Shown here piece after piece: positions 11,578 through 25,355 of a stretch of DNA of 64,000 bases. The notes beneath the pieces are model-generated. The model worked only from the letters and a program-made list of their open reading frames with translations, searched no databases and was not told where the DNA came from. Origin of the DNA: Octopus bimaculoides (lineage: Eukaryota). The DNA lies in assembly GCF_001194135.2 (NCBI RefSeq), contig NC_068985.1, positions 7,865,390 through 7,929,389 on the forward strand, read 5' to 3'. The position numbers and the translations under genes are program-made. The first letter of the stretch is position 1, and each line of letters starts with the position of its first letter.

Positions 11578-12105
11578 TCCATCATCATCATCGTTTAACG
11601 TCCGCTTTCCATGCTAGCATGGGTTGGACGATTTGACTGAGGACTGGTGAAACCAGATGGCTACACCAGGCTCCAATCTGATTTGGCAGAGTTTCTACAG
11701 CTGGATGCCCTTCCTAACGCCAACCACTCTGAGAGTGTAGTGGGTGCTTTTACATGCCACCGGCACGAAGGCCAGTCAGGCGGTATTGGCAACGGCCACG
11801 CTCAAAATGGTGTATTTTATGTGCCACCCGCACAAGAGCCAGTCCAGGGGCACTGGCAACGATCTCGCTCGAAAGTCCTTACACATGCTGCGGGCACAAG
11901 TGCCAGAAAGGCGACGCTGGGCACAGGTGCCATCACAATTTCGCTTTCGCTTGCCCCAATAAGTCTTCGCAAGCTGAATTTCGTGTCCAATGAAGGAGAC
12001 GACGTTGGCATGGGTGCCAGTAGTCGAATTTAGTTCAGTTTCGATTTCGATTTCACTTGCCTCAACAGGTCTTCGCAAGCGGAGTTTAGTGTCCAATGAA
12101 GGCAA
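11578..12105 (-). mobile_element. Young RTE-tailed repeat (long copy)
   Basis: (CAT)n-CGTTTAACGTCCGCTTTCCATGCTAGC...GGATGCCCTTCCTAACGCCAACC; CpG-rich. Confidence 0.85.
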
Positions 12106-13082
12106 AACTTATAAAATTAGAGTGGTAGGGTGGCTATTTCGAATAAAATGAGAAGGATGCAAGAATGTTAGTGTGAAAGAAATGAGATGGCATAGGTTGA
12201 GTGACTGATATTGGGGAAGAGGAGAAGAGAATTGTGTAAGTGACAAATATGGGGTGGCAGTGGGGTGATAATGTTAATACAGCTGTCATTCAGGGATATA
12301 CACGCAATGCTGCATGTGTACTTTTGTAAATACATAGATGCATGCACACATACACATAAGTAACTTTTAAAATGCTGAGGAAGGGAAAGAAAGGTGGGTG
12401 TGAGGAATATATAGCTTTAAGGAGAGAGTGGGTTGGTAAATTGACAACACTTGTTCACAGGCTGCTTTTTTTCTTGTCCATTATAAACACACACACGTAC
12501 ACATGTCTACTATACACCATTTTAAACTCATGTGTATGTTTGTAAATGTGTGTGTGTGTGTGTGTCACATCTTTTAACTGTCTGTCTCTCTACTTCTCTA
12601 GGGTTTACCCTATTGCTATCACTTATTGGGAAGTAAAATTAAGTCAGTTTTCAAATTTGGCATATTGAAATAATTTTCCATGTTAAATCTCATTTTGTTA
12701 TTTATTTGTTAGAGAAAAATTGCAGAAGAATGTTACAGAAATTTAAAGTCTAATCATTTTTACTTAATCAGTAAACAGGATTTGGAAGCTGGTATTTTCT
12801 GCATGATAACTGTCTATCACAAAATGAAAGCAAAATCATTACGAGGAATTTTTATTAAACAAAATGAAAGCAAAGCATTATGACGACCAAAGTTGTAAGA
12901 ACTTCTGAAGTTTTAATGAATAAAGTCTTGTGAAATGGTCAGACATGTAAATAATTTAAAAAGGAAGAAGTCCTCAACGAGGTGTTTTTGCGAAAAATTG
13001 CACAAATCTGTCCTGATCAAGAGGCCTTCTGTTTGGGAAAGCAGGGTCTGACATGGAATAAACAAAAATTTATATATGACAT

Positions 13083-13430
13083 TCATCATTATCGTTTAAC
13101 ATCCACATTTCCATGCTACCATGGGTTGGATGATTTGACTGAGGACTGGTGAACCAGATGGCTACACCAGGCTTCAATCTGATTTGGCAGAGTTTCTACA
13201 GCTGGATGTCCTTCCTAACACCATCCACTCCGAGAGTGTAGTGGGTGCTTTTACGTGCCAGCGGCATGAAGGCCAGTCAGGCGGAACTGGCAACGGCCAC
13301 GCTCAAAATGGTGTATTTTACGTGCCACCTGCACAGGAGCCAGTCCAGCGGTACTGGCAACGATCTCGCTCGAATGTCTTTACACGTGCCACCGGCACAA
13401 GTGTCAGGAAGGCGACCCAGCGACAACAGG
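13083..13430 (-). mobile_element. RTE-tailed repeat
   Basis: Colinear with 11578-11900. Confidence 0.85.
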
Positions 13431-13463
13431 CTCTTCAGCTAGTATATATTATATCAATATATA

Positions 13464-14758
13464 TCGTAAAAACCCATGTAATTTGAATACCTGTGTAATT
13501 TATGCTGGTGATTTTCAGGATAAAAATTGCTAAAAAAAGCTTCTACTCATGTAAAATTCGCACCCAAAAGTTTTCAGAATTGCCAATATGGCCAAGGGGA
13601 AAAGGTTTTCAATTTAGTTGTTTTTAGCATAATTTCACTTACTTATGATTAGGTCTTATTAAATTTTCATTAAATTAAAAAAAAAATTCTGTTTACAGGT
13701 ATCACATTGAAAGCTGTTAAACTACAAAGTGTTTGTGTTGTTTATAATAAACTTCATTTTACATTTCCTGCTCACAAGAGATTATGTCCGATCTTTAGCA
13801 TACTTCTGTATGTCTTCTCAAATCACAATCACAGGAAAAGTAGTTGATAATTCTTATCAACTAAAACAAAGCTGATAAATATGCACAAGTGTTGCAAAAT
13901 AAGTTTAATTACCAATAAACATCAGCTTGGATGACACTTCACTCAACTGACAAAGGAAGGTGACTGATCAAGCTGATTATGTAAACAGAATTCTGATTGG
14001 TTGAAAGTGTCTTGTCTCAAGCTCTGATTTTCTGCCTAGTCTTGTCAGAACCTTTGATATGGAGTATCGAAATTTAATCCCTTTCACACTTATAAAATGT
14101 GAAGCAAACTTAAAAATTTGTCATTATTGTTTTAGCTGGGAGACCAAACTAATAGTTTAGTAACCTTTGAAAATTGAAAGGAGAAAATAAACAGCTTTGC
14201 AAGTTTAACTTAGTGTTTATTGAACAAGAGAGATGCGAAATTTAAGAAGTGACTTGTTAGAATATACACGTCTGTGAGGAAACATAAACAAGAATTGCAA
14301 AAATCTACTATACCAAAAGAACTGGTAATACATACATTGCAAGTGTTCTATGAAGAGAACATAAGATTGCTGCATAATTCAACATGAATGTGAAATGGCA
14401 TTAAACATCGTATAAGGTAAATGAAGGTTTCTGTAGGAATGCTAAAAGTCATATTCACATAGTAAGTTTACATGTGCAAGGATGAATTATGATGTTGTCG
14501 ACATTAGATGCAGTAACAGCTGATAGTGGTGATATCGGCAGTGAGGAATCTCGTGTCGTAATGTGGAGAAGGTGAGCAAATAGCTTCCTGGTGCAAACGG
14601 AAGCTAGATTCTCTAAACGGACAAAAACTGATCTATTTAGAGAAATTGCTGGGCTTCATTGCGATAGGTAGAAACTCCAAGCAATGTAAAATATGTCCCG
14701 GACCGTGATTACCAGCATGAACGTCAAACTTCAATAGGTAGTTAACCATCTAATGGTT
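13464..14758. mobile_element. TA-flanked non-autonomous DNA transposon (one end missing), same family as 33268-34296
   Basis: Starts TA|TCGTAAAAACCCATGTAATT and is colinear with the 33.3-kb copy. Confidence 0.82.
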
Positions 14759-15173
14759 GAACACTGGGTTCAATGTACTCAACTTATCCCCTCCCTCAAC
14801 ACTGCTGGCCTTGTGCCAAAATTTGAAGTCAGTTTATTCGTATATGATGGCTGTCATATATTTATTTATTTGTGGAAGATAGCAATCATTAAAAGAAAAA
14901 AAAGTTTTGTTTGGTGGTAATGGTAATTAGTGCAACTATTGCTATGAAAGACTTGTTCAAGGGTTTCTTACTCGGATCTGTATTTAGCTTGATATCAAAT
15001 TGTTTTTCTTTCCTTCTCTTTGAAGTTATCTGTTGAATATTCAGTGCTTGTGTAAGGACTTTCTAATCGATCGTGCATTGCAACTCAAATTACCAGTTCA
15101 CTGATACTTTACTACAGTACTTGCATGTCAAAATAGTGTCATTGATTCAGTAGAATTTAGCTATGGTTTAGAT

Positions 15174-15501
15174 CAGGCCTGGCCAATTCAAATTACATTG
15201 CGGGCCACTCTAATCACAGAAAGTTTTTGTGAGGACTGCTTGTATACTTTATGCACTAACAGTCAACTAAGCAAATTACAGAATCCAGAATATTTCATAC
15301 CTTCCGTTTGTTGAAAATTATAAATTTGTAGGCTATTGCTTTATAGCTACTTATGCATTTAAAATTTATTTTGAAATAAATGTTTTCCACAAACAATTTT
15401 ATTTTGAAATTAAACAATACTTCAAGAAAGTATCAAGCGGGCCATAAGATAAAAGTCTGCAGGCAGCATGCGGCCCGCGTGCCTCATGTTGGCCAGCCTT
15501 G
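15174..15501. mobile_element. hAT-Charlie-type MITE
   Basis: TIR caggcctggccaa / ttggccagccttg; 8-bp TSD gtttagat / gtttagag; GCGGGCC and GGCCCGC subterminal motifs. Confidence 0.8.
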
Positions 15502-15545
15502 GTTTAGAGGATATTAGTTTTATGCTTTATCACCATTGTCTTTAA

Positions 15546-15728
15546 CACTTTAGCATTTAAACCAGCCATATTCAGCCCAAATATTCTACTTATTTTATAT
15601 TCAAACTAGATCCAGCCTCTTACACATACCCATTATGCCATTCTAAAAAATTATTATTACATCATTTTAAAACTGAGATAACGCATGACAAATTCAAAAG
15701 AATGTAAGTTTGACAGTAACCTGAGGGG
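15546..15728. mobile_element. piggyBac-type MITE, degenerate (further copies at 18405-18623, ~30800-30910, ~49210-49330)
   Basis: TTAA|CACTTTAGCATT start; body shared with 23165-23369. Confidence 0.65.
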
Positions 15729-15994
15729 TTTAATGTTTTATCTTCCATGCTGGCTTATGCGAGAGGATCCAGTGTGTTGGTGGACAGAATTGTGTGCCAG
15801 TGTCTGCACTGACATGGTTTCTACTACTCAAAGCCCTTCTTAATGCCAAACACACAAGACTTTGAATCACAAGGCTTTGGTTGGTTTAGGAAGGCTATAC
15901 TGAGAGACACTTGCCCAAGGTGCTACTCTGGGGACCAAAACCACAATTGATAAGCAAATTTCTTGACCACATAAGCACACACACACACACATAT

Positions 15995-16718
15995 TAGAGA
16001 TGTATTACTCGAAGCTTTTGATGAAATAGAGGGAGATATAGCATTACATGATGTGGAAGACAACTGGAAGTTTCTACGGGACAACCTGTTGAGGGCCACT
16101 GACCAGATCTGTGGATAGTGCAAAATTCCCTCTCAGCCCAAGGTAACGTGGTGGTGGAACAATGTAGTTGACAGGGCCATTAGGGAAAAGAAACAGGCAT
16201 GGAAAGACTGGAAGAATGGTGGTAGCAGGGAATTGTATTAGACTGCCAGAAGGGAAGCTAGGAGACAGGTTTATTTAGCCAGAGGGGAAGCAGATAAGAA
16301 AAAATTTGCCAATGTTCTGCATTGTGAGGACCAAAGACTTGAGGTATTTCATGTTTCAAGATAGTGCATGAGAGAGAATCGTGATGTCGTAGGAGAGAAA
16401 TGTGTTCGCATGGATGATGGCTCACTTGCATTTAATGAGGCTGGAAGAAGAGAGACTTGGAGATGCCACTATGAAAGGTTACTAAATGAAGAGAATGAAT
16501 GGGAGAAAGAGAGTCTGCCGAATGTCAACCCAACAGAGGGACCAGCTATCCCAAGTGACAGTACCTTTGTAGATAAAACAATTAAGGGTATGAAGACAGG
16601 GAAAGCCTCCAGACTGTCAGGAATCACCGCAGAGATGCTTAAAATGTCTGGTGGTGTCGGCTATAGTCTAGTCACCCATATAGTCAACCAGGTGATACAT
16701 GAAGGAGTCATACCCAAT
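15995..16718 (+). mobile_element. RTE LINE internal fragment (linker between endonuclease and RT)
   Basis: TWWWNNVVDRAIREKKQAWKDWK; DVVGEKCVRMDDGSLAF..WRCHYERLLNEENEW; MKTGKA..GITAEMLK. Confidence 0.9.
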
Positions 16719-19700
16719 CAAAGTGTGTGTGTGTGTATATATATATAATTCACATAGCACATATGTTATATGAACAATAATATTTTGAAAACAAAGGTGT
16801 TTAATATTTGATTTCATATATATATATATATATTTCCGTGTGTGTGTGAGAGAGAGAGAGAAAGAGAGAGACAGACTAACTGATAAAGTGAATATCATTT
16901 ATGATAAAAATTTGCAGTTTTGATTCAAATATCAGTCTTCACAGCAAAGCCTTTAAATGATGTCTCCTGCTATAGCATGTCACCCACTTTCACTCTTGTG
17001 GTTTTACTTTTCTTTCCCTCTTTTGTGACCACATACATACATAGACACACAACACACACACACATATACATTCACACACACACACACGCACACACACTCC
17101 AAAATTTGAAGGGGTAGAACAGGTAAAATATAAGCTACATATGCTTCTTAACTACCTGAAGCTCATTATATTAGCTTATCGAAATTCTTTGTAACACTGA
17201 TGTGATAAAAAGTGTATAAGCTTATGATGGTAATAAATTATTTCATTGTATACTCTCCACTTTTTGTTCTCTATCCTAACTGCCTATTGTTTGAAGCTTA
17301 CAAACTTCCTACATTTGGATCCCTGTTCATGTGTGTGTTTATATGGAATGAGAGAGAGAGAGAGAGAGAGAGACTACCTTCAGTTAATCCTGGAGCAAGC
17401 TCAGCTATAGCTATTACAAGTTTTTCTACATCTATATGTGCATAATGGATGCTCTGTTTTGTGGTTTTTATTGTCTTATGTAAATGTTAGTTTCAAAATC
17501 TTTACAGTTGTCTTTAATTAGGTAATTGAAATGCACAAAGAAAACCGTTTGGCTAAAGAGAAAATTGCTTTGTTGCCAAATTAATGCATTTGTTATTGTT
17601 GCTCAAACTTTATTCTCTAAATGTTTGTTATTGTTAAGTAAACTATACAACTATTATTTAAAGAGAGAATGTTCCAATATAAAGTGTATTAGACACTTGA
17701 TACAGGTGCTCCACTTTTGCTTTAGATTTCCTAATAATTTTTATTGACAAAATTGGTTGAACACCACAGCTTAGGATATGTTTGTGTTCTGGTTTTTTAA
17801 ATAGACTTTGTCATTCATCCCTTTGGAGTAGAGAAAATAAGTATTGGTAATGTGTAGGGTTTAGAAACAGTAGTGAAGGTGTGAAGCCTAATTTTGATAA
17901 GTGTGTGTGTGTGTATGTGTATGGCTCTTAGAGAATGGCAATTTGTCAGGAGTATGAATGAATAAATGATTATTGACAACATTTTATGGCAATAAAATTG
18001 ATAATGAATTAGTTCTTCCACACAAGAGCAACTCCAGTCCAACAGGCTTCTGTACAGATTCCCATTATCCAAAGGCTTGGGTCAACTTGAAGCTATAGTA
18101 GTCGTTTACATAAAATAGCATACACTGGGATGAGGTCTTATGTTCAGGATGTGAACTTTCTAACTACTCAAGCATGTAATCTGCTAGCCATTTAGTTAAA
18201 CCGAGTATAGTAAGGGAGGAGTAATGCCTTTAATCTTTGGCCCTACTCTAACTTGTGACTGCATTATTATCAGTATCCAACATAAACATATGTCAGGATC
18301 TGCAGGAAAGATGTATGCAGATAGGGAACTGGGGATCATTTTGAATGCTTGCAACGGAATGAACTTGAATAAACACTCTCTAGGCTTTGGTAGCAGTGTT
18401 TTAACCATTTAGCATTTAAACTGGCCATATCCAGCCAAAATATTTTACATGTTTTATGTTCAAACTGCCAGATCTAGTCACTCACATCAACCCTACAATA
18501 TCATTCTAAATATTAGCAGTTACCTCATCAAAATCTCACAGCTACAAAATAATGTATGCTTAATTCAAAACTATGTGAATAAATAAGGATTACTTTGGAC
18601 AGAATAATATGAATGCTAAAGGATTAATGTGAGTGGCAGGTTGGGACTGTTCATCCTACTATCTAAGGAGGCTGGCAATGCTCATTTTAAGCAAGAGATA
18701 GTGTAATTGATGTATGATGAAGGTGACTGATATGACATTCTATATTATATCTATAAAAGGAGTAAAGTGAGTGATGATTGAACTGAGTGCTTCTTGTAGG
18801 TTACAAGAGTTTGCAAACTCTTTGTTATCTTTGTGTAACCCTTGGTCATTCCTCATCAAGCCATCCTATGACCAAAGCTATGATCACTCCGACTTCATAA
18901 AGTACAGTGCACATAGAGCCACAGTGTCCTGGAATGCATTATAAAAGGACTAGTTGTCAATTCTAGCAAGTTGAGCATTCCGGGGTTCTCCTTTGTTTTT
19001 GCATTGTCTAAGCTGACCTAACTAATGGACAATTTGTCTTGCCTGCATTGCACTGGGCCTTAAGAAAACCTCTCAATGCTTGGGGATTTATATTGCATCC
19101 ATTTTTTGCTTGTAAAAAAACAAAAGATAACACTAAATATTTCAATATATTCCTATATTCATGCTGAGAAAACTTGACTGTTGTGTACAGTAGCCCACTA
19201 TTTTGACACAAGGATGGTTGATCTAAATGAGTAGTCCCTTCCCCATAAATGTCAGGCCTTGTGCCTACGACCGAAAGGATTATTAAGACAAGAAAAGATA
19301 GCATGAGACTCCTACATTTCTCAAGTGAATGAACATACTCTCTTAATCATTTTGTTATTTTGGAATCATGTTGGTACTTAAGACCAAATTAACTTTGTTT
19401 TGATGAAAAAAAAATTAGAGGAATAAACAATTATAAAGAGATATTGATTTCTAAATTAGGCAGAAAGCCCTCACATTTTATGGGGTACATCTGTTTATAT
19501 TGACCTGGATACTTGACTGGTACTTACTTATTGGCCTCTGAAGTATGATGGCCAAAACCAACCTTTGATAGGAATTTAATTTAGAATGCAAAACATTTTG
19601 TTGGATGCACTACTGATTCTGTAATATCATTTGGCAAGTAATAAACTTAGACTTTCAATAGTTAAATACTAGAAAGGAATAGATGCTGTCTCATGGTCCT

Positions 19701-21339
19701 TCCAAACTTTACACAAAATCACTTAAAGGAGAACACACTGGGTCTCATCCATTAATATCTTTTTATCAGCTGCTTCAATCTTTATAACAGCTAATAGAAA
19801 CAAAGGTTAGAAGCAATTTAAAAACAATGTATACATAATGGAAAATTAAATTGTGATATTGAAATACCTGAAAGAAAATAAGTTACATTTATACTTGAAG
19901 GTATGAAACAATTGAAGTTTAATTTGGAATGATATGCAAAATGAATTTGTCATGTTTGTCTTTTTGAAACAAGATGCAAATAAAAGAAAATAAAATTAGC
20001 CTGGCAATTGTATAGAACCATATAAAATACATTCAGATTACTCTTACCAAATGTAATGCTTATCCCTTCATATTATTATGAATTACTCATTGTCTATTAG
20101 GTTTGAGATTTCAATGATCTGACTCTTTAATTTCGGAATGACATTTAGGAATGTAGTTGTTCTATAAGTTATTCTTTGCCTTTATATGGTTGATTATCTT
20201 TTATTAAATTTCTAGTAATTTATATTATTTTCTGTTTTTATTTTTTACTGTTTCAGTTAACTTATCACTTGGCTAAGGTATTGACGGAATCATTTTACAT
20301 CTGCAACTTATGAAATCACTTTAACTATGGTTACCCAGTTTGCTCAGACTTTTTTCCCAACTGGCTGGAGTCCACATTGCCCATCTTGACTAATTTCATT
20401 GCGAGGTAAAGTCAACTTTTACAACTTGAGTGCGTATTTCATGCATGTTGATTGATTCTCATTTCAGGAGGGATGCGATACAGGGTTAGATCAAATAGCA
20501 GAGGAAAGGGGTGGGGGTGTACAACAGAAAGAAAAGTATTTGGAGTGGTAAGTGCTCTTGATTTTGTTGACAGTGGAGACATAGAATTAAAATGATACAA
20601 GTTTGCAGAGATGTAAGAGTTACTTGATGTTGAGATTTAAATAGATATGTAAAATGGTGATAATTATGAAAAATCAGGCATGTTAACTAATTGTCACTGA
20701 GATGTTGATAGCATTACAGTTGCTTACTCTAATATTGATAAAATATTTTTAAAAATCAGCTTTGTATGGTTGTGAGATTTTGCTTAGCTAACCTCTCAAA
20801 CACTATATGGGTTTTATGAGCGATGGTGAGATTGAGATGAGCAAGCTCAACCAGAATCCAAATCATCTCAGAAGCCTGAATAGACTTTCAGGTAATTGTT
20901 TTTTAACCCCAGGCCAGCCTTGACTGAGCAGAGCTTTAATCACAAACATTCCAACCATGTCCATCTTGTTTTAATGTTATATGTGATTAAAAGGTATTAC
21001 TGATTGATCCACCATGGTTTCTTTGTTGATTCATTGGTAATTTTCCTTTTTTTTCCTTTCTTTTTTTTTGATAAATCTCAGATCAGTCCTGATAGATTAA
21101 ATATATGATCAGAAACATTCCAGCTATGAGTATCTCTTTTTTTCCATTTATTTTTCCAGACACAGAGTATCTTGGACTGTATTATTTCATGTATTCTCCT
21201 TGGATGTAATTGGAGTGGATTTACTTTTTTTCTTAGGCTCTTTTATCTCCTAGAATGTAGGAGTTAAATGACCAATGATTCACAAAGTTGGCATCTCCAA
21301 TATCACGATTGCTCTATAGTTGAGGATCTCACTGAGATG

Positions 21340-22200
21340 CAGAGTTTATCACATGGATTGAGTTTAAGCACATTGTGCTTCTCTTCCAAATATGAATTTT
21401 TTCAGAGAAGTAGGATTTGAATAGTAAAACTGTATTGGAATATGTACTGATAGTGCAGTAGCCATGACAAGGTAGAAAATAGAAATTTAAGCCAGTCATA
21501 TCTAGAAGCAAATATCCCACTACTTTCACTGAGTGCATGATTCATTGCAAGGTAATAGTGTCTAAAACAATGTCTGTGGGGCCGAATGCAGTGTTACAAG
21601 CTGCAGTTAAAACTTACTTTACTAAATGTCATGCATTGAATAGGTGCCTCTTCACAAATCTCTGTAATGAAATAGAATCCAATTTTAGCAAATTTTTATT
21701 GAGAACAGAAGTGCAGTGACTCTCAAATGGAGGAGCTTTGAAACTGCTGTCAGGACAAAATGGATATTTGCTTATCACAAAGAAGAATGATTGTGCAAAT
21801 GATGCTCTTTGTCTGATGTGTTTTTAGAAAACTTGATCTTAATATATCTGTATATGGAGAGACAACCAATATTTCCAGAAAATGATGAATTAGAAATATT
21901 CTCATACAAATGATTTTATTTTTGGAGATTGAATTTTGATTTGGTTAAGCAAATAATAGTTGATCATCAGGAGAATCTAGAAAATAATTTCCAGAAATAT
22001 TTCATGTTACATTCAGATAATAACTAATTGGATTGGATCCAGAATGTATTTGCAGTTGATATCTCAGGAAGGATATACAAAACCTTCCAGTAATTCAACT
22101 TTAAAGCTTGAATCTTTTCTGTGAAAATCATAAATGCTTTTCGACTTGGTCTTTGTGCTGAATATCCAGTTTTGCCCAAATTAGTGATGGAACCTCTTCT
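21340..22200 (+). pseudogene. hAT (Charlie/Buster-type) transposase remnant
   Basis: NCIGICTDSAVAMT; CMIHCKVIVSK; RLFTNLCNEIESN..LLRTEVQ*LS (HTEVRWLS-like); DWIQNVF; EYPVL. Confidence 0.7.
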
Positions 22201-22259
22201 AAATACTAAATCAATAGTTTTGGTGTTGACTGGCAATTAACCCATCCGTCAACAAAAAA

Positions 22260-22820
22260 NNNNNNNNNNNNNNNNNNNNNNNNNNNNNNNNNNNNNNNNN
22301 NNNNNNNNNNNNNNNNNNNNNNNNNNNNNNNNNNNNNNNNNNNNNNNNNNNNNNNNNNNNNNNNNNNNNNNNNNNNNNNNNNNNNNNNNNNNNNNNNNNN
22401 NNNNNNNNNNNNNNNNNNNNNNNNNNNNNNNNNNNNNNNNNNNNNNNNNNNNNNNNNNNNNNNNNNNNNNNNNNNNNNNNNNNNNNNNNNNNNNNNNNNN
22501 NNNNNNNNNNNNNNNNNNNNNNNNNNNNNNNNNNNNNNNNNNNNNNNNNNNNNNNNNNNNNNNNNNNNNNNNNNNNNNNNNNNNNNNNNNNNNNNNNNNN
22601 NNNNNNNNNNNNNNNNNNNNNNNNNNNNNNNNNNNNNNNNNNNNNNNNNNNNNNNNNNNNNNNNNNNNNNNNNNNNNNNNNNNNNNNNNNNNNNNNNNNN
22701 NNNNNNNNNNNNNNNNNNNNNNNNNNNNNNNNNNNNNNNNNNNNNNNNNNNNNNNNNNNNNNNNNNNNNNNNNNNNNNNNNNNNNNNNNNNNNNNNNNNN
22801 NNNNNNNNNNNNNNNNNNNN
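22260..22820. other. Assembly gap
   Basis: Run of N. Confidence 0.99.
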
Positions 22821-23164
22821 NAACAACCTAGAATTTAGTTCCCCTGTAAGGATAGATAATATGTAAAGACTTTTTCTTAAAAAGAAAGAAAAAAGTTGCT
22901 TCATAGTTGGTGTTTCATCTGAAGAAAAACTTTATTAGCAGTTTTCTGAAGTAAATGTTTGTGTGTCTGGTCTTTTGTAGCAAAAATCGACTAATGTCTA
23001 ATGTCGATTTTATCAAAAATGCACAAAATCCTTTAAGCAGAGGAGAACCTGAATTTCTTTTGCTGAGCAGGGGTCGAGAGGTCATTACAAATTTCTTTTT
23101 GGTTAAAAAAAAAAAAAAGGAAAAATTGGTTGTGAATCAGAATGTTTGAAAAAGCTTACCTTAA

Positions 23165-23369
23165 CCCTTTAGCATTCAGCTTACTCTGTCAAATATAATG
23201 CTTATTTATTTGTATTGTTTTGAATTAATCATGCATTATCTCATGGTTTTGTGATTTCAATTATTGTTTATTTTTAGAATGGTTTGTAGAGTAGGTGTGA
23301 GAAGCTGGATCTGGCCAGTTTTAACTCAGAACATTTGAGCTGGATCTGGCTGGTTCAAATGCCAAAGGG
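23165..23369. mobile_element. piggyBac-type MITE
   Basis: TTAA|CCCTTTAGCATT...AATGCCAAAGGG|TTAA. Confidence 0.88.
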
Positions 23370-24989
23370 TTAAATTGATTAGTGTTAGCCTTTATATTCT
23401 GAGGTGATATCCTGCTGGTGTGAACTGTACTTTAATTTTCATTTTGTATGGGGTTGTTTAAATCTATTTTGTTTGCAGAAATCTGACTGTATTTTGCCAA
23501 AATAAAAAAGAAATGGTACTGTTGGTTCATCAGTGTTGTTTAGCAGAAATAGATGCATGGGTAACGGAACCTGCATCTAGTTTAGATTCCTTATTGTTGG
23601 CATTTTTCTTCAGTTAACTAAGTAATGTCCTTTAGAGAGGCACGAATGTTACTAAATCTTATTTTCCCCTCCATGTTCAAATAGTAGGAGTGACTGAAGA
23701 GATAAATTCTTAAATTACTCAGTTGAAGAGTCATGGTTTCATATTACACTGTTGTCCTTGGCATGTGTCCCTAAATGAAATAATTGTTTCAGTTGGATTG
23801 CAATAATTTTATTCTCATATGAATACGGAGGTGCAAAAATAAAATGCACTGGGGTGTGGGGAAAGAGGGTAGTCTTTAATTTTTACTACACAGTGTGAGT
23901 GTATATGTATCTATGTCTAGTGTTCATTAATCCATAGTTGTCAGTGCCATGTAAAAGCACTCTGCACCACTGTAAAGTGGTTGGCTTTAAGAAGGGCATC
24001 CAGCCATAGAAGCCATGCTAAGTCAGACTGGTGTCTGGTGCAGCTTCCCAGCTCCCCAGCTTTGGTCAAACAATCCAACCCATGCCAGCATGGACAACGG
24101 ACATTAAATGATGATGATTTAATAGAAATAATTTTTCTTTTTCAAAAGCTTAAACTATTTTTCTCTTATTCCCAGTCAATTATGTGCTTCACCTCTTACC
24201 TCTCCTCTCTGCCTTGCATCTGTTTCAATACCAGTGGCAAGATACAAAAGACTTTAGCCAAACAACCTCTTAACTTTGACGCCAATGCCATCTCCATCCA
24301 TTAACCCATTGATTACCAACTTCTTTTCTTCAATAACAAGATTAAGATTATCTGATATCTTTTTTTGTTTCGCTTGTAATCTCTTGTTGTGAATATTGAT
24401 CATGTAACTACTAACAATTGGACATTATAGAGTTTGAATAGGCTGGCAAATTTGTTGAATAATTCATTTGATTATGTCCATGTGTTAATTTTACTTACTT
24501 TATTAATTATCTAATTGTATAGATTGTCTAGTTGTTTTTCCAGTTATAAACTGCAAGCTTGTAAAACAGTCTTGGCTGCAATATAGAGTGCTGGTGTCCT
24601 CATCTCCCTCCTAGAGGCATGCACATTGCCAGGTAGTTACAGTTATTGTTAGCTCGAAAATGACCAATGTTATTCTTGTATCCTATTTGTTGTGTTGTAT
24701 TGTGACCATCTCTTAAAAGTATTGTGGCCACATTTTTTGAGGTAAGCAGTTACGAAGATTAGTGATGTACAGGAAGGAGAAAAATGCAGTTTGGGAATCA
24801 CTTCGTTGATCTAGGACTTGAGCTTCTGGTACAAGATTTTGTGATGGAGAAAATCTGACAAATAATTCATGGCATGGATTTGGAGAAGTGCATATTAACA
24901 TGAAAATTTGATTCTTGAATTACTGCATTGGTGTGTGTGTGTGTGTGTGTGTGTGTCTATATATGTGTGTGTGTGTGTGTGTGTGTATC

Positions 24990-25355
24990 TTATCTCTTTT
25001 ACTTGTTTGTCATTAGACTGGCCATGCTGGGGCATCACTTCAAATTTTTAGTCAAATGAATTTACCCCAGGATTTCTTTATTTTTATAAGCCTGGTACTT
25101 GTTCTATCGGTCTCTTTGTCAAACCGTTAAGTTATGGAGACATAAGCATATCAACACTGGTTGTCTTGCAGTGGTGTGGGATATCCCCCCCTCTCTCACA
25201 CACACGCACACACACACATGATAGGCTTTTTTCAGTTTCCATCTACCGAATTTACTCACAAAGCTTTGGTTAGTCTGAGGCTATATTAGAAGACATTGTC
25301 CCAAGGTGCCACGCGGTGGGACTGAACCTGGAACCGGAAAGCAAACTTCTTAACA
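24990..25355 (-). mobile_element. Full-length tRNA/CORE-type SINE (other copies: 37680-38025 +, 43858-44245 -, 46570-46975 -, 54470-54780 -, 55150-55465 -)
   Basis: Head GGTTCAGTCCCAC, CORE-like ACCTTGGG(C)AA(G)TGTCTT, central CA tract, 3' part ending ACAAGTAAAAGA; colinear among copies; boundaries approximate. Confidence 0.82.

Noticed and set aside
11647-12033. Recurring MKPDG...[20 protein letters not shown] family (also 13184, 48587, 56873, 58962)
   Set aside because: Antisense reading of a non-coding repeat tail; GTG/TTG starts and variable ends.
16690-16718. RTE fragment ending where the 61930 fragment begins, as if one element were split across 45 kb
   Set aside because: They overlap by ~30 diverged nt and the family is abundant; coincidence is more likely.
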